A stretch of DNA of 54,340 nucleotides, taken from IMG/VR virus record IMGVR_UViG_3300002091_000038, positions 1-54,340 of that record; one strand, written 5' to 3'. Below are positions 7,031 to 15,983 of this stretch, one piece after another. The notes below the pieces were generated by a model. It did no database searches, was not told the origin of the DNA, and was given only the letters and a program-made list of their open reading frames with translations. This DNA is from a virus. A program made the translations under genes and the position numbers. Position 1 is the stretch's first letter; each line of letters starts with the position of its first letter.

Positions 7031-8386
7031 ATGAAGCCAAGATACACTGCACTCCTCAACGCCGCCTCTGATCCTGCCGCCCCCCCTGCCGCCCCTGCTG
7101 GTGGCAGCCCACCGCCTGCTGCACCCCCTGCAGCTCCATCAAGCCAGTCTTTTGGTGATCCGTTCGGACCTCCCGCCACGCCGCCTGCAGCCGCACCACC
7201 TGGCGCGCCTCCCGCAGCCCCTGCCGCGCAAGAGTCCGGTGGCGGCTTCATGGACTTCATCAACAACACGCTGCCAGGCGATAAGGCAGCTCCAGCCGCA
7301 CCCCCTGCGGAGCCGCCGAAACCGGCCGGTGAGCCGCCTGTGAAGCCAGCGGACACTACGGAGCCGCCCGCGCCTCCAGCAAAGCCAGAGGCTTTTGATT
7401 TCCAGGCCTGGTTTGACCGCACTGTTCCAGAAGCTCCTGGCGGTGTCGCCAAGGTGGAAGACTGGAAATCCTTGCGCAGCACGCTTAGCAAGGCGTTGAA
7501 GGATGTGCAGGCACTTGGCCTTGAGAATGAACTGCTCAAGAAAAACGGCGTGACAGCCGCACCGGCCGCGCAAGATCAGAGCACGCCGCCCATGCCGGAA
7601 ACGGATGCGGTGAAAGCCCTGCAGCTGGAAAACCAGACGCTGCAGCAAAAGTATGATGCTGAATTGAAAGCCTGGAACGAGCACAAGGCCCGCACAGATC
7701 TGGATAACAATCCGGCGTTCCAGGCTGAATTCGACGGCAAGCGCGCCGCCCTGGTGTCGGACATGGAAACGGTGGCGGAAGAGGCCGGCATCGACAAAGC
7801 CGTTGTCAAAGCATTGATCGACGCTGGCAGTGAGTACAAGATCAACAAGGCTTTGGAAGAGCTGGATGATCGCACTGCCAAGGGGTTGCTCACCAGCAAG
7901 GCGCGGGAGTTCATCGCGCTGACACAGGCTAAAGAGGCGGCCCGCCAGCATCCGTTGGATGAAGTAAGCAAGTGGCGTGACTATCACGAAGCCTCACGTG
8001 GCGTGATCGCCACCACCATCGCCAAGGATCTGCAGGGCGCGTACCTGAACGCCGTTGGTGAAGTGGCAGGCAAAATCACGGGCCCGGATGGTGATGTGTT
8101 TTTCCGCACGGCCGGCGGCCGCCAAACACTGGAAGCCATCAGTCAGCGCGTGAGCCGGGGTATTGATATCACGCCTGCGGAAGTCGTGGAAGCGCTGGCA
8201 TCGAAAGAAGCCTATCAGGCCTACAGGGCCATCGGCGAAAAGCTGGCCACGGAAAATGCGCAGCTGAAAAAGGACATCGCTCGCTATGTGGGCGCTGATC
8301 CTTCAAAGGTGACCGATGGTGGCAACCCCACGGGTGGCGCGTCAACAAACTCCGGCGGATTCCAGATTGACAAAATGTTCGGCTAG
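7031..8386 (+). CDS. Scaffold-like protein (Pro/Ala-rich N-terminus followed by a long coiled coil)
   Basis: 451 aa. The N-terminal ~120 aa are P/A-rich low complexity, followed by heptad-like E/K/A/L-rich sequence. It follows the portal gene. No enzymatic motif. Confidence 0.45.
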   Translation: MKPRYTALLNAASDPAAPPAAPAGGSPPPAAPPAAPSSQSFGDPFGPPATPPAAAPPGAPPAAPAAQESGGGFMDFINNTLPGDKAAPAAPPAEPPKPAGEPPVKPADTTEPPAPPAKPEAFDFQAWFDRTVPEAPGGVAKVEDWKSLRSTLSKALKDVQALGLENELLKKNGVTAAPAAQDQSTPPMPETDAVKALQLENQTLQQKYDAELKAWNEHKARTDLDNNPAFQAEFDGKRAALVSDMETVAEEAGIDKAVVKALIDAGSEYKINKALEELDDRTAKGLLTSKAREFIALTQAKEAARQHPLDEVSKWRDYHEASRGVIATTIAKDLQGAYLNAVGEVAGKITGPDGDVFFRTAGGRQTLEAISQRVSRGIDITPAEVVEALASKEAYQAYRAIGEKLATENAQLKKDIARYVGADPSKVTDGGNPTGGASTNSGGFQIDKMFG

Positions 8387-8395
8387 GGATGAAGG

Positions 8396-8428
8396 CAGCG
8401 CCAAGCGATTCCGTTTCGCTTGGCGCTG
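8396..8428. terminator. Perfect 13-bp-stem hairpin between convergent genes
   Basis: CAGCGCCAAGCGA-ttccgtt-TCGCTTGGCGCTG lies between the stop of 7031-8386 (+) and the stop of 8434-9144 (-). There is no clear U-tract on either strand. Confidence 0.55.
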
Positions 8429-8433
8429 ATCGT

Positions 8434-9144
8434 TCACTTTCCAAGTTTGCGGTCCAAGAGGCAGGGCTGGCTTTTGCGGTCGTAGATGATCGTGAAGCCA
8501 GCCATTTCGCTCAGTTTTCGCAGGCGTTGGGTTGAGATTTTAACGGATTCAGGCGGCGCTTCGTCCATGAAGCTCGCGGAAAGGTCCGCCAGCCTAACGA
8601 AGCAGCCGGTGCCAGGGAGGTTTCTGGTGTTCTGGAATACGTATTCCGTCCACCTGGGCAAAAGCGGGTCAGTCTCTGGGTGCTCGTCGGCGCTGCGAGT
8701 GGTTGTGACAGCGGTTTTGATGCGGCAGAGATCCACCAGCGTGTCCCCATTGAATCCAGCGTCTCGCAGGGCGATGGCGCGGGCCACAATAGGGTCGCTG
8801 ATGGATGCCGGCATTGTTCCCGGCGCCACGTAGGCACCAGTGCGACGAAGTGCTGGCAACACCTCGGAAGTCACCCATTTCCTGAAACTTTTGGCCTGTG
8901 GCTTGCGACTCTTAAAAATGAGAGTGTAGAGGCCGGATTCGGAGATGAGGTTCATTTTTTGACTTCCCCCAAGGGTGTCGGTAGTAGCGACACCCTTTTC
9001 GTCTTCATCAAGGTGACTGATAGCGTCACGCGGATTGCTGATTTCCAGCACCCGGCACACATCGGCCGCAACCCACCACGGCTGATCCTCGCGCATCATG
9101 AGGCGAACCGGCTGGTCTTTGAAATCGAAGATTTCCAGGCTCAT
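8434..9144 (-). CDS. Bro-N domain protein (prophage antirepressor family)
   Basis: N-terminus FDFKDQPVRLMMREDQPWWVAADVCRVLEISNPRDAISHLDEDEKGV...SESGLYTLIFKSRKPQAKSFRKWVTSEVLPALRRTG is a typical BRO-N signature. Confidence 0.85.
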   Translation of the reverse strand: MSLEIFDFKDQPVRLMMREDQPWWVAADVCRVLEISNPRDAISHLDEDEKGVATTDTLGGSQKMNLISESGLYTLIFKSRKPQAKSFRKWVTSEVLPALRRTGAYVAPGTMPASISDPIVARAIALRDAGFNGDTLVDLCRIKTAVTTTRSADEHPETDPLLPRWTEYVFQNTRNLPGTGCFVRLADLSASFMDEAPPESVKISTQRLRKLSEMAGFTIIYDRKSQPCLLDRKLGK

Positions 9145-9332
9145 GCCGCCACCACCTTTCTGCTGACTGATTCAATCCAGGCACGGATACTGGGGTGACC
9201 CTGATTTTTCGCTTCCTGATCCAGGTCCAGGAAGGTGTTGATGCTTGCCACGAAATCCAGGCCGTGATCGGTCATTTCGATCTTCACGCGGCCTCCCATG
9301 TAGTCATAGAGAAATTTGATAGCGCTCTCCAT
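9141..9332 (-). CDS. Small hypothetical protein, translationally coupled to the Bro-N gene
   Basis: MESAIKFLYDYMGGRVKIEMTDHG... Its stop overlaps the Bro start (ATGA). The start is uncertain; GTG codons lie further upstream. Confidence 0.4.
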   Translation of the reverse strand: MESAIKFLYDYMGGRVKIEMTDHGLDFVASINTFLDLDQEAKNQGHPSIRAWIESVSRKVVAA

Positions 9333-9358
9333 GCGTTTCTGCTGCTTGGTGAGCTTGA

Positions 9359-9547
9359 CTACTTTGAGCCCAGTTCGTCCAATTTTTGCAGTAGTGCCGT
9401 GAGGGCGAATCCTCTCGGGGTGTTTTGATTGTTCTCCCAGGCAATCAAGGTGCGCATCGGGCATCCGAGTCTTTTGGCTAGTTCTTTTTGCGTGACCCCG
9501 AGATGCGAGCGCACATCTCGGAGCTTGATCTGAAGCTCTTTGCTCAT
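9359..9547 (-). CDS. XRE-family HTH transcriptional regulator
   Basis: 62 aa. LRDVRSHLGVTQKELAKRLGCPMRTLIAWENNQNTP is a classic Cro/CI-type HTH. It shares the AWEN-QN signature with the repressor at 34503-34817. Confidence 0.8.
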   Translation of the reverse strand: MSKELQIKLRDVRSHLGVTQKELAKRLGCPMRTLIAWENNQNTPRGFALTALLQKLDELGSK

Positions 9548-9666
9548 ATCGTTTCATTGTTGCTGATCCTCTTTCTCAGGATTGGTGACATGTGGTCCGC
9601 CGCTCTGTTGATAGCAGGGCGGCGGGCTTTTTGTTTCCCGCACGGCGTGCGGTTCACGGCTCAATT

Positions 9667-9683
9667 GTTACGGACTCCGTAAC
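9667..9683. promoter_or_regulatory. Perfect 8-1-8 palindrome GTTACGGA-C-TCCGTAAC (operator candidate)
   Basis: It lies in the 200-bp divergent intergenic region between the XRE gene (-) and the lipoprotein gene (+). A second short palindrome, CCGCAC-GGC-GTGCGG, is at 9638-9652. Confidence 0.35.
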
Positions 9684-9751
9684 ACAGCGCAACCAAAAAA
9701 GTGAAGAAAGTTCGTGTTGACGTTTTGAACACGTTTTGATTTGGTTCTACC

Positions 9752-10048
9752 ATGAAGATTTTACCACTCCTCTACCTGTGTATTTTTCTGGCGTCATGTG
9801 CGAATGATCCCGAAAGTGCTGCTCGGGCAAATGCGTGGTTGGCACAGTACAATGCTAACAATTTGCAGCAACAACAGGCCAATGCATATCAGTCGCAGGC
9901 CAATTATTATGACCGCGTAGGCCATCCCCAACCAATGCCGTTGAACATTACCCCGGTCACCCCATACAGAGGCGACATTCGCACATTGAATGGAACCTCT
10001 TACTATAATGGTGATGGCACATCCACCTTTAGAGGCACAGTCTATTAA
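9752..10048 (+). CDS. Small lipoprotein (moron-like)
   Basis: MKILPLLYLCIFLASC has a signal peptide and lipobox (LASC). The mature part is Q/N/Y-rich. The gene is visibly more AT-rich than its neighbours, is a lone plus-strand gene in a minus-strand context, and its stop overlaps the stop of the giant gene (TTAA). Confidence 0.7.
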   Translation: MKILPLLYLCIFLASCANDPESAARANAWLAQYNANNLQQQQANAYQSQANYYDRVGHPQPMPLNITPVTPYRGDIRTLNGTSYYNGDGTSTFRGTVY

Positions 10049-13000
10049 TGATGCGAGGTCTGTTTCTTGGCTGGTGGCAACGTCTCGCGCAAGCCGGGCA
10101 CAGCCGCTTTGATTGAGTCGCCGTAGGTCTTCACCTGGCGCTTCACCGGGTCGGTGTCTTCGGCGAGCTGTTTGAGCCCCAGCGGGATCACGCTCTGTGC
10201 CAGGCGGTGGCGCTGGTAATCACCCTCATGGTCAAAGCGCATGATGCTGGTGGTATCGTTGAAGAACGGCACTTCTTGGAGCAATCCAAGCGCGCCTGCC
10301 AGGCTTCCTGTGCCAAGCCCTTTCTTCACGCCTGTGGAGCGGCCATGCTCTTTGATCATGGCATCACTCACGCGGGCCATTGTGGCGCCCACCTGCATGG
10401 CGTTCATAGCCGGGGTGTGCAAGAGCTGGTGTGAAATCGTGGTGTCGCCCACCTTCACATCTCCCGGCCCCACGTCGCCAGGTTTGCGCTTCTCGTTCTC
10501 CTGGCGGTATCCGCCCACCATCGCAGGATTGCAGAAGCCAAAGAGGATCATGGCTGCGCCAAGGCTGCCCTTCTTCAAGTGACGCATGAATGCATCCGCC
10601 TCCTCGGGCTTCATGTTGTCGAGTCCGCGGTGAAGCAATCCAGCAAGCTCAACGGCCGCCCGGGGAACGCCCAAAGCGTAGCTGCCCACCGTTTCGAAGG
10701 CGACGTTGGTAGGCACTTTCACAATGGGCAGAAGAATGCGACTAAACGCGGCGGCCGTGGGGCCGGCGACATCATGTTTTTTCGAATTCTCCCAGCTGTG
10801 CATCAGCTGTTCAAAACCCTTGGTCACAAAGTTGTCCTGCATGAAGATGGACCTGTTAGCGTCTAGATAGGCATCCTTCATGATGATTTCCTGAATTACC
10901 GGGTCTTTGACGTCCACACCACGGCGCATGAGGTAGTCCGCCCGCTTCTGCAGGGAGCGATGGAACTCGGCCATTTTGGCCGGCGATTTGATCAAGGCAT
11001 GGATGTGGCCAAAGTAGTCGATGACAGAGGGGTTTAAATCCTCGAAGTGGCGGCCGCCAAACTTCATGTCTAGGTCGCTTTTGCCGGTCTTGAGGATCTG
11101 CCATGACTGCTCCATGGCGTGCGTGAGTCCGTCAACTACCGCACTCACTTCGGCCTTGGATGAAAAACCGCCTTCACGCGGCGCCGCCTCGGCGATGCGG
11201 CGGAAACCGGGAAGCATCGAGTAAAAGCCGCCAATCGCCTCCTCTGCTGGTGTGATCACCAACCGTAGTGCAGCCGCGCCAGCCAGCTTTTCAATCGTGT
11301 GGTAGCCGGAAAGCAGGAAACCCCGCCGCCAGCGCACCAGAGTGTCGAGCGTTTTGCGATACAATGGCAGTTTGGCCAGGCGCTGGGCCTCAACACCACG
11401 GGCAAATTCCAGCTTTTTATCTTCGTAGGTACGCCGCAGTGCCAGCGCTTCCTTGTCGAGTTCTAGCTTGGGGCGCTCGGTCTTGCTGAAATCGCCCTTG
11501 TCGAGCCTGCCTTGCAGCTTCTCAGTCATGGCAGCCAGCCGCTTCTTGTAGGCTGCCAGCGCGATTTCTGCCGGTGTGCGGTTCGGGGTTTTGGCGGCAA
11601 TCGCTTCGTCGCGTACCTGGCGCAAGCTTTCCAATTCGGCCTTGAGGGCGCGTAGCTTTGCGTCTGGCACCATTTCTGGCCGGTTGCTCCTTTCTTTTTC
11701 ACCCTTGGCAATCTCGCGCTCCACCTTCTCGATAGCGCGCTCGGCGGCTTTCTTGGCTGCCTCCACACGATCAGCATTCGAGACGCCGGGGCGCTCGTTC
11801 TTCTCCACTTCCCGCAAGACATCAGACAACCGATCGTGCTCAAATTTGAGTGATCGTGCTTCAGCATCCAGGGGGATGGGTTTGCCAGGCTCGGGCGCGG
11901 GTTTGCCGGCAAGGCGTTCCTGTAGCTCACCGATGCGTTTCACCAGCCCGGCTTTCAAACGGTCCAAGGCTTCCGCCTGGGGGATGCCCTGCGACTCGCG
12001 CAAACGGTCCCATTCAGCCTTGGCGGCATCGCGCTCGGCCATGGCATTCTTCGTGCGTTCGGACGGTTCAAACGGCTTGCCGGCGGGGCGCGTGAGCTTG
12101 TCCTGTTCCACCATGCGGCGGTAGTTCTCCGCGCTGGCCTTGTAGCTGCGTTCGGCCTGGCGGTTCCACTTCGTTTCCGAACTGGGGCCGGTCAAATCGT
12201 CCATGTAGCGCTGCAGCTCGTCGGCTTCTTTTTTGAGGCCGTTCAGCTCAGCATCATACTGCACTTGCTCGCGGGGATCGCGGGGTTTGGCGCGGCCTTC
12301 CATCTCCCGGTGCAAGCGGTCAATTTTGTTCTGCAGGCGGTTCTTCACCGCTTCCCGGGCGCTGGCCAGCTGCTTTGGCCCCTCGGTTTCAATGCCCATC
12401 TTGCGCATTGTATCCTTGAGCTTGGTGGTGAGGTCCATCACCTCGGGGGAGGGCTTTCCAGGCTGAAAACCGCCCTTGAGCGGAGCCTCGCCACGCAAGG
12501 CGCGTTCGATAGATTCGACCAGCTTGGCCTGGGCCTTCATCTCGCGCATGCGGGCCTTGAGCACGTCGCTGGATGGTTTGGTGACCTGGCCATAATCCGT
12601 CCAGGCACGGCGCACTTCGGCCGGGGTCAACTCAGGGAAAAAGCGGGTGACGTCGGCATGCACCTTGGCGTTGAGTTCATGCACGTCGTTCACGCCGGCC
12701 GCCACATGCGCCTTGGCAAACTCCTTGGCAATCTTGGGGTCAAACTCCCAAATGTCGAGCGTGCCCATCTTCATCCGGTGCGCCACGGAATCATAAACCC
12801 CTTCGGGGGTGGCGGCGCGTGCGCGGGCGGCCGCCTTGTCGGCAAAATCCTTGCGGGTCTGCTCCAGCATCGACTTGGATCGATCAAAGATCGCTTCCAA
12901 GTGCGGCCGGATGGCTTCACCAAACTCCTCGATCATGTGACCGCTCCACTTGGCGAAATCAACGGCCCCTTCGGCAAGGTAGCTGGCCCCGATGATGGTG

Positions 13001-15981
13001 TGGTCAATGGTGGACCGCACAAACTGGAAACCCAACGGATCAGCATGCAGGCGCCCACGGTCTGCATTCAGACGGGAGCGGGCAGCCTTGCGCGCTTCCT
13101 GAAAGAAGTTCTTCGCCTGGTCAGTAAGCGGAACACCAGCCTCGGTTTGCACGCGCTCAGAGGCGCGCTGCTCACCCTCAAACTGGCGACTTTCGCGCAT
13201 GGCAGCGCGCTCATCCTGGGCCATCGCCTTGTCACGGGTGCGCGCCTCATCACGGCCACTGCGGCGCGTGGCGATGTCTTCTTTCAGTTTGGCAATCAGC
13301 GCATCCGGCGTGGGCGCATCAATGAGGTTGTCGGCGTGAGCAGCGCTGGCCAGTTTGTCAATGTCGCGGCCCGTGTCGTTTGCAAAGCCGGCGTAATCGT
13401 GAGGCGAATCCTTGGCGAACTGGCGCAAGGCATTGTGCTCGCCGTGATCGCCTTCCACGCGGCCCATGTCACTCACTTTAAGCTTTGGCGGCCGGGCAAT
13501 GCCACCTTCGGAGCGTAGAAAGTCCACAGTGTCCCAGTCCACGTTATCAGCGCGGTCTGGCGTGCTGTCACGGTAGCGGAGTTCCTTGGGCTGTGCAGCG
13601 CGCTCGGCACGGGCCTTGAGGCGTTCACGGGCGGCATTGGCACGGGCGGCCACTTCACCCTGCACTTCGGCCTGGATCTTGGCCAAAGCTTCCTGGGCCG
13701 CCTGGTGTTCGGCCGCCTCGTTCTTGGCCGTGTGTTCGTCCATGGCTTTGGCAGCTGTGTCAAGCTCGCCATGCAGCTTCAAGACGTGCTTCATCTCCTG
13801 TTCGGAGAGGTTTTCGCCTTTGGCGGCGCGGAAGGTGGCCAGCATGTTTTCCACGCTGTCATCCTCATCGCGCATCATCTTGCGGGCGTTCAATCCACGG
13901 CCGGTTTCGCGGCCTGCGGCGCGGGTGGCTTCATCGACCTTATGCAAATCATCGAGGGCCATTGAAAGCTCTGCCTGATCACCTTCAGCCGTGTCTTTGG
14001 GCGCATCGTTCACCTTCTTCACCAGCTCGCGGACAATGCCACGGCGGCGCATCTTCTCATGGAGCAGCAAGGCGTTTTCCTGATCGTTGAGCGCGGTCTT
14101 GTCGCCCTTGTTGATCGCTTCCACCAGACGCATGCCGGCGGCCGAATCCTTGCCTGCGGTGGCAACGGCATCACTCCAGGCCTGGCCCCAGTCGCGAGCG
14201 GCCTGTTTCACGATGGGATCAGCGCCACGGGCGGCGCGTTCTGCTTCCATTACCGCGTTTTTGGTGGACGTGGCGCCGGCAGGCAGTGGCGGCGGTGTTG
14301 CGGCCGGTGGCGGTTCGGCGCTCGCAGGTGGTGGCGTTTCAGGTTCTGCGGCCGGTGGCGGCTCTTGGGCGGGAGGCTCCTCAATTGGCGGCTCTACCAG
14401 CGCAGGGTCGGCAGGCTCAACAGGCTCAGAGGCAGCGGCGGAAGCGCCATCTGAATCAGCGGCAGGCGGCGGAGTGCTGTCCGGCTCTGCGCCGGGTTCG
14501 GCGCTGGGTTCCACTGGTGTTTCGGGCGCGGGTTCATCGCCTGCTCCTGGCGCTGGCGGCGTTTGGTCTGCTGGTACTGGGTTTTCATCAAGGGGCGGCG
14601 TCTCAACGGCGGCTGGCGGCGCTTCTGCGGGTTGCGCTGGCGGCATGTAGGGCGCGTTGGGATCGGTGGGCAGCTCCACGGTTTCTGCCACGGGCGGCGC
14701 TTCCGTGTCTGCGGCCGGTGCGGGCTCTTGGGCTGGCGCTTCACTGGCGGCCGCCCTCTGATTGAGCCGGTCAATGACAGCGGCGTGCTCGGTGTTCGCC
14801 GCGTCCAGCGGGGCAAACATATTGCCCTCATGGTCCGGAGAAACCACCTGTGACCATTCGCCTTTCGGGTTCTGGTAGTAGGTCTGGCCGTCGATGAATG
14901 CGGTGCGGCCCTGTGGACGGGCTAGCAGGGAGGCGGTCTTTTTCAAACCCTCGGCCACACCAATGTGCGCCGTGGTGAGTAGCGCGCCGGAAAGGCCCTG
15001 TTCAACGGCCGCCTCCAGTGTGTCTGCCGCCCCCGCCTGGGGATTGTCTCGGGTGTGCTGGGCAGCGCCAAACACAGCCTGTTCAGCGGCGCTCTTGCCA
15101 ATCTGCGCGAGCTTGCTGGCTGTCTCCACGGCTTGCACAGCCTTGGCTCCATGCAGGAACGGGGCGGCAAGCATGAGCTGGTTCACGGGATCGGCAGCGC
15201 TGGCCAGGTGTTCGCGCATGGATTCTGGCAGCATCTGCGCGCCTGGGGAGTCGATGGCGTCTTTCACCAGTTCCTTGCCCATCTTCTGCACGGGGTTCAA
15301 GGTGAGGTTGGTGCCAAGCTGCTCCCATGCGGCCGGGTTGCGCGTCTTGAGGTAGGATGCCAGCAAGGGCATGTTTTCGGGATCTTTGAGCGCCGGCAAT
15401 TCCTTGGCGTGCTCATCCATCCATGCTTTCAGCTTGTCTTTGTCGCCCACGGGAACATCACCGTCGCGAATGGACTGCTGCAGCCCGGCGAGCGCTTTTT
15501 GCTGCTTGATATGGTCCGCATTGCTGTGGCCGCCACCAATGTCACCACCAGAAAGACCCTCGCCGATCAAGCCGAACCAATCGAGCGCGTTGCCAGCCTC
15601 GGCCTTGACGAACGACTTGCTGATTTCGCCGTGGGCATAGAGGTTCACAGGGGAGCCGGGTACAAGATCACCAGAGGTAGCGGCTGCCACTCCGACATCT
15701 TTGCCCATGCCGGTAATCATGCCGGGCAGGCTGGTCACCACGTTCGCGGCTTTCTCCCAAAACGTCGGGGCGGCGCGTTCCTGCAGGTGATCAGCGAACT
15801 CACCCCATGCCTTTTGCCGCTCGGGTGTCCACTCGCGTTCCCGTCCCATCTCATTGTGGGCAGAGTCGAGCATGGTGTTCAACGCGAACGCCCGCTTGGC
15901 CGGTGGCAGCTGGTGAAACCGTGGATCATTGACGTTGCGAAAAACCTCCTGGGGCGTGAACGTCGGCGTCTCGTCTGGCAT
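10045..15981 (-). CDS. Giant (1978 aa) virion-associated/ejection-type protein
   Basis: Single uninterrupted ORF and last gene of the late block. It has a ~160-aa P/A/E-rich linker (about 14275-14760), long K/E/R/A coiled-coil stretches and hydrophobic segments near the C-terminus. No polymerase or other catalytic motif was recognised. Confidence 0.55.
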   Translation of the reverse strand: MPDETPTFTPQEVFRNVNDPRFHQLPPAKRAFALNTMLDSAHNEMGREREWTPERQKAWGEFADHLQERAAPTFWEKAANVVTSLPGMITGMGKDVGVAAATSGDLVPGSPVNLYAHGEISKSFVKAEAGNALDWFGLIGEGLSGGDIGGGHSNADHIKQQKALAGLQQSIRDGDVPVGDKDKLKAWMDEHAKELPALKDPENMPLLASYLKTRNPAAWEQLGTNLTLNPVQKMGKELVKDAIDSPGAQMLPESMREHLASAADPVNQLMLAAPFLHGAKAVQAVETASKLAQIGKSAAEQAVFGAAQHTRDNPQAGAADTLEAAVEQGLSGALLTTAHIGVAEGLKKTASLLARPQGRTAFIDGQTYYQNPKGEWSQVVSPDHEGNMFAPLDAANTEHAAVIDRLNQRAAASEAPAQEPAPAADTEAPPVAETVELPTDPNAPYMPPAQPAEAPPAAVETPPLDENPVPADQTPPAPGAGDEPAPETPVEPSAEPGAEPDSTPPPAADSDGASAAASEPVEPADPALVEPPIEEPPAQEPPPAAEPETPPPASAEPPPAATPPPLPAGATSTKNAVMEAERAARGADPIVKQAARDWGQAWSDAVATAGKDSAAGMRLVEAINKGDKTALNDQENALLLHEKMRRRGIVRELVKKVNDAPKDTAEGDQAELSMALDDLHKVDEATRAAGRETGRGLNARKMMRDEDDSVENMLATFRAAKGENLSEQEMKHVLKLHGELDTAAKAMDEHTAKNEAAEHQAAQEALAKIQAEVQGEVAARANAARERLKARAERAAQPKELRYRDSTPDRADNVDWDTVDFLRSEGGIARPPKLKVSDMGRVEGDHGEHNALRQFAKDSPHDYAGFANDTGRDIDKLASAAHADNLIDAPTPDALIAKLKEDIATRRSGRDEARTRDKAMAQDERAAMRESRQFEGEQRASERVQTEAGVPLTDQAKNFFQEARKAARSRLNADRGRLHADPLGFQFVRSTIDHTIIGASYLAEGAVDFAKWSGHMIEEFGEAIRPHLEAIFDRSKSMLEQTRKDFADKAAARARAATPEGVYDSVAHRMKMGTLDIWEFDPKIAKEFAKAHVAAGVNDVHELNAKVHADVTRFFPELTPAEVRRAWTDYGQVTKPSSDVLKARMREMKAQAKLVESIERALRGEAPLKGGFQPGKPSPEVMDLTTKLKDTMRKMGIETEGPKQLASAREAVKNRLQNKIDRLHREMEGRAKPRDPREQVQYDAELNGLKKEADELQRYMDDLTGPSSETKWNRQAERSYKASAENYRRMVEQDKLTRPAGKPFEPSERTKNAMAERDAAKAEWDRLRESQGIPQAEALDRLKAGLVKRIGELQERLAGKPAPEPGKPIPLDAEARSLKFEHDRLSDVLREVEKNERPGVSNADRVEAAKKAAERAIEKVEREIAKGEKERSNRPEMVPDAKLRALKAELESLRQVRDEAIAAKTPNRTPAEIALAAYKKRLAAMTEKLQGRLDKGDFSKTERPKLELDKEALALRRTYEDKKLEFARGVEAQRLAKLPLYRKTLDTLVRWRRGFLLSGYHTIEKLAGAAALRLVITPAEEAIGGFYSMLPGFRRIAEAAPREGGFSSKAEVSAVVDGLTHAMEQSWQILKTGKSDLDMKFGGRHFEDLNPSVIDYFGHIHALIKSPAKMAEFHRSLQKRADYLMRRGVDVKDPVIQEIIMKDAYLDANRSIFMQDNFVTKGFEQLMHSWENSKKHDVAGPTAAAFSRILLPIVKVPTNVAFETVGSYALGVPRAAVELAGLLHRGLDNMKPEEADAFMRHLKKGSLGAAMILFGFCNPAMVGGYRQENEKRKPGDVGPGDVKVGDTTISHQLLHTPAMNAMQVGATMARVSDAMIKEHGRSTGVKKGLGTGSLAGALGLLQEVPFFNDTTSIMRFDHEGDYQRHRLAQSVIPLGLKQLAEDTDPVKRQVKTYGDSIKAAVPGLRETLPPAKKQTSHH

Positions 15982-15983
15982 GG

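Noticed and set aside
12265-13518. Long antisense ORFs opposite real genes. Examples: 12265-13518, 15055-16176, 22715-23728, 24930-25865, 31257-32552, 32678-33748, 37363-38493, 5984-7021, 35137-35904 and 40249-41004.
   Set aside because: Each lies fully inside and antisense to an ORF with clear motifs or a better coding appearance. Their translations are Arg/Gly/His/Pro-rich with low-complexity runs, as is typical of open frames on the non-coding strand of GC-rich DNA.
10045-15981. The giant ORF as a tape measure protein.
   Set aside because: No tail tube, sheath, tail-assembly chaperone pair or frameshift site is present anywhere. Its context (after a TM protein and a muralytic protein, at the end of the late operon) fits podovirus ejection proteins better.
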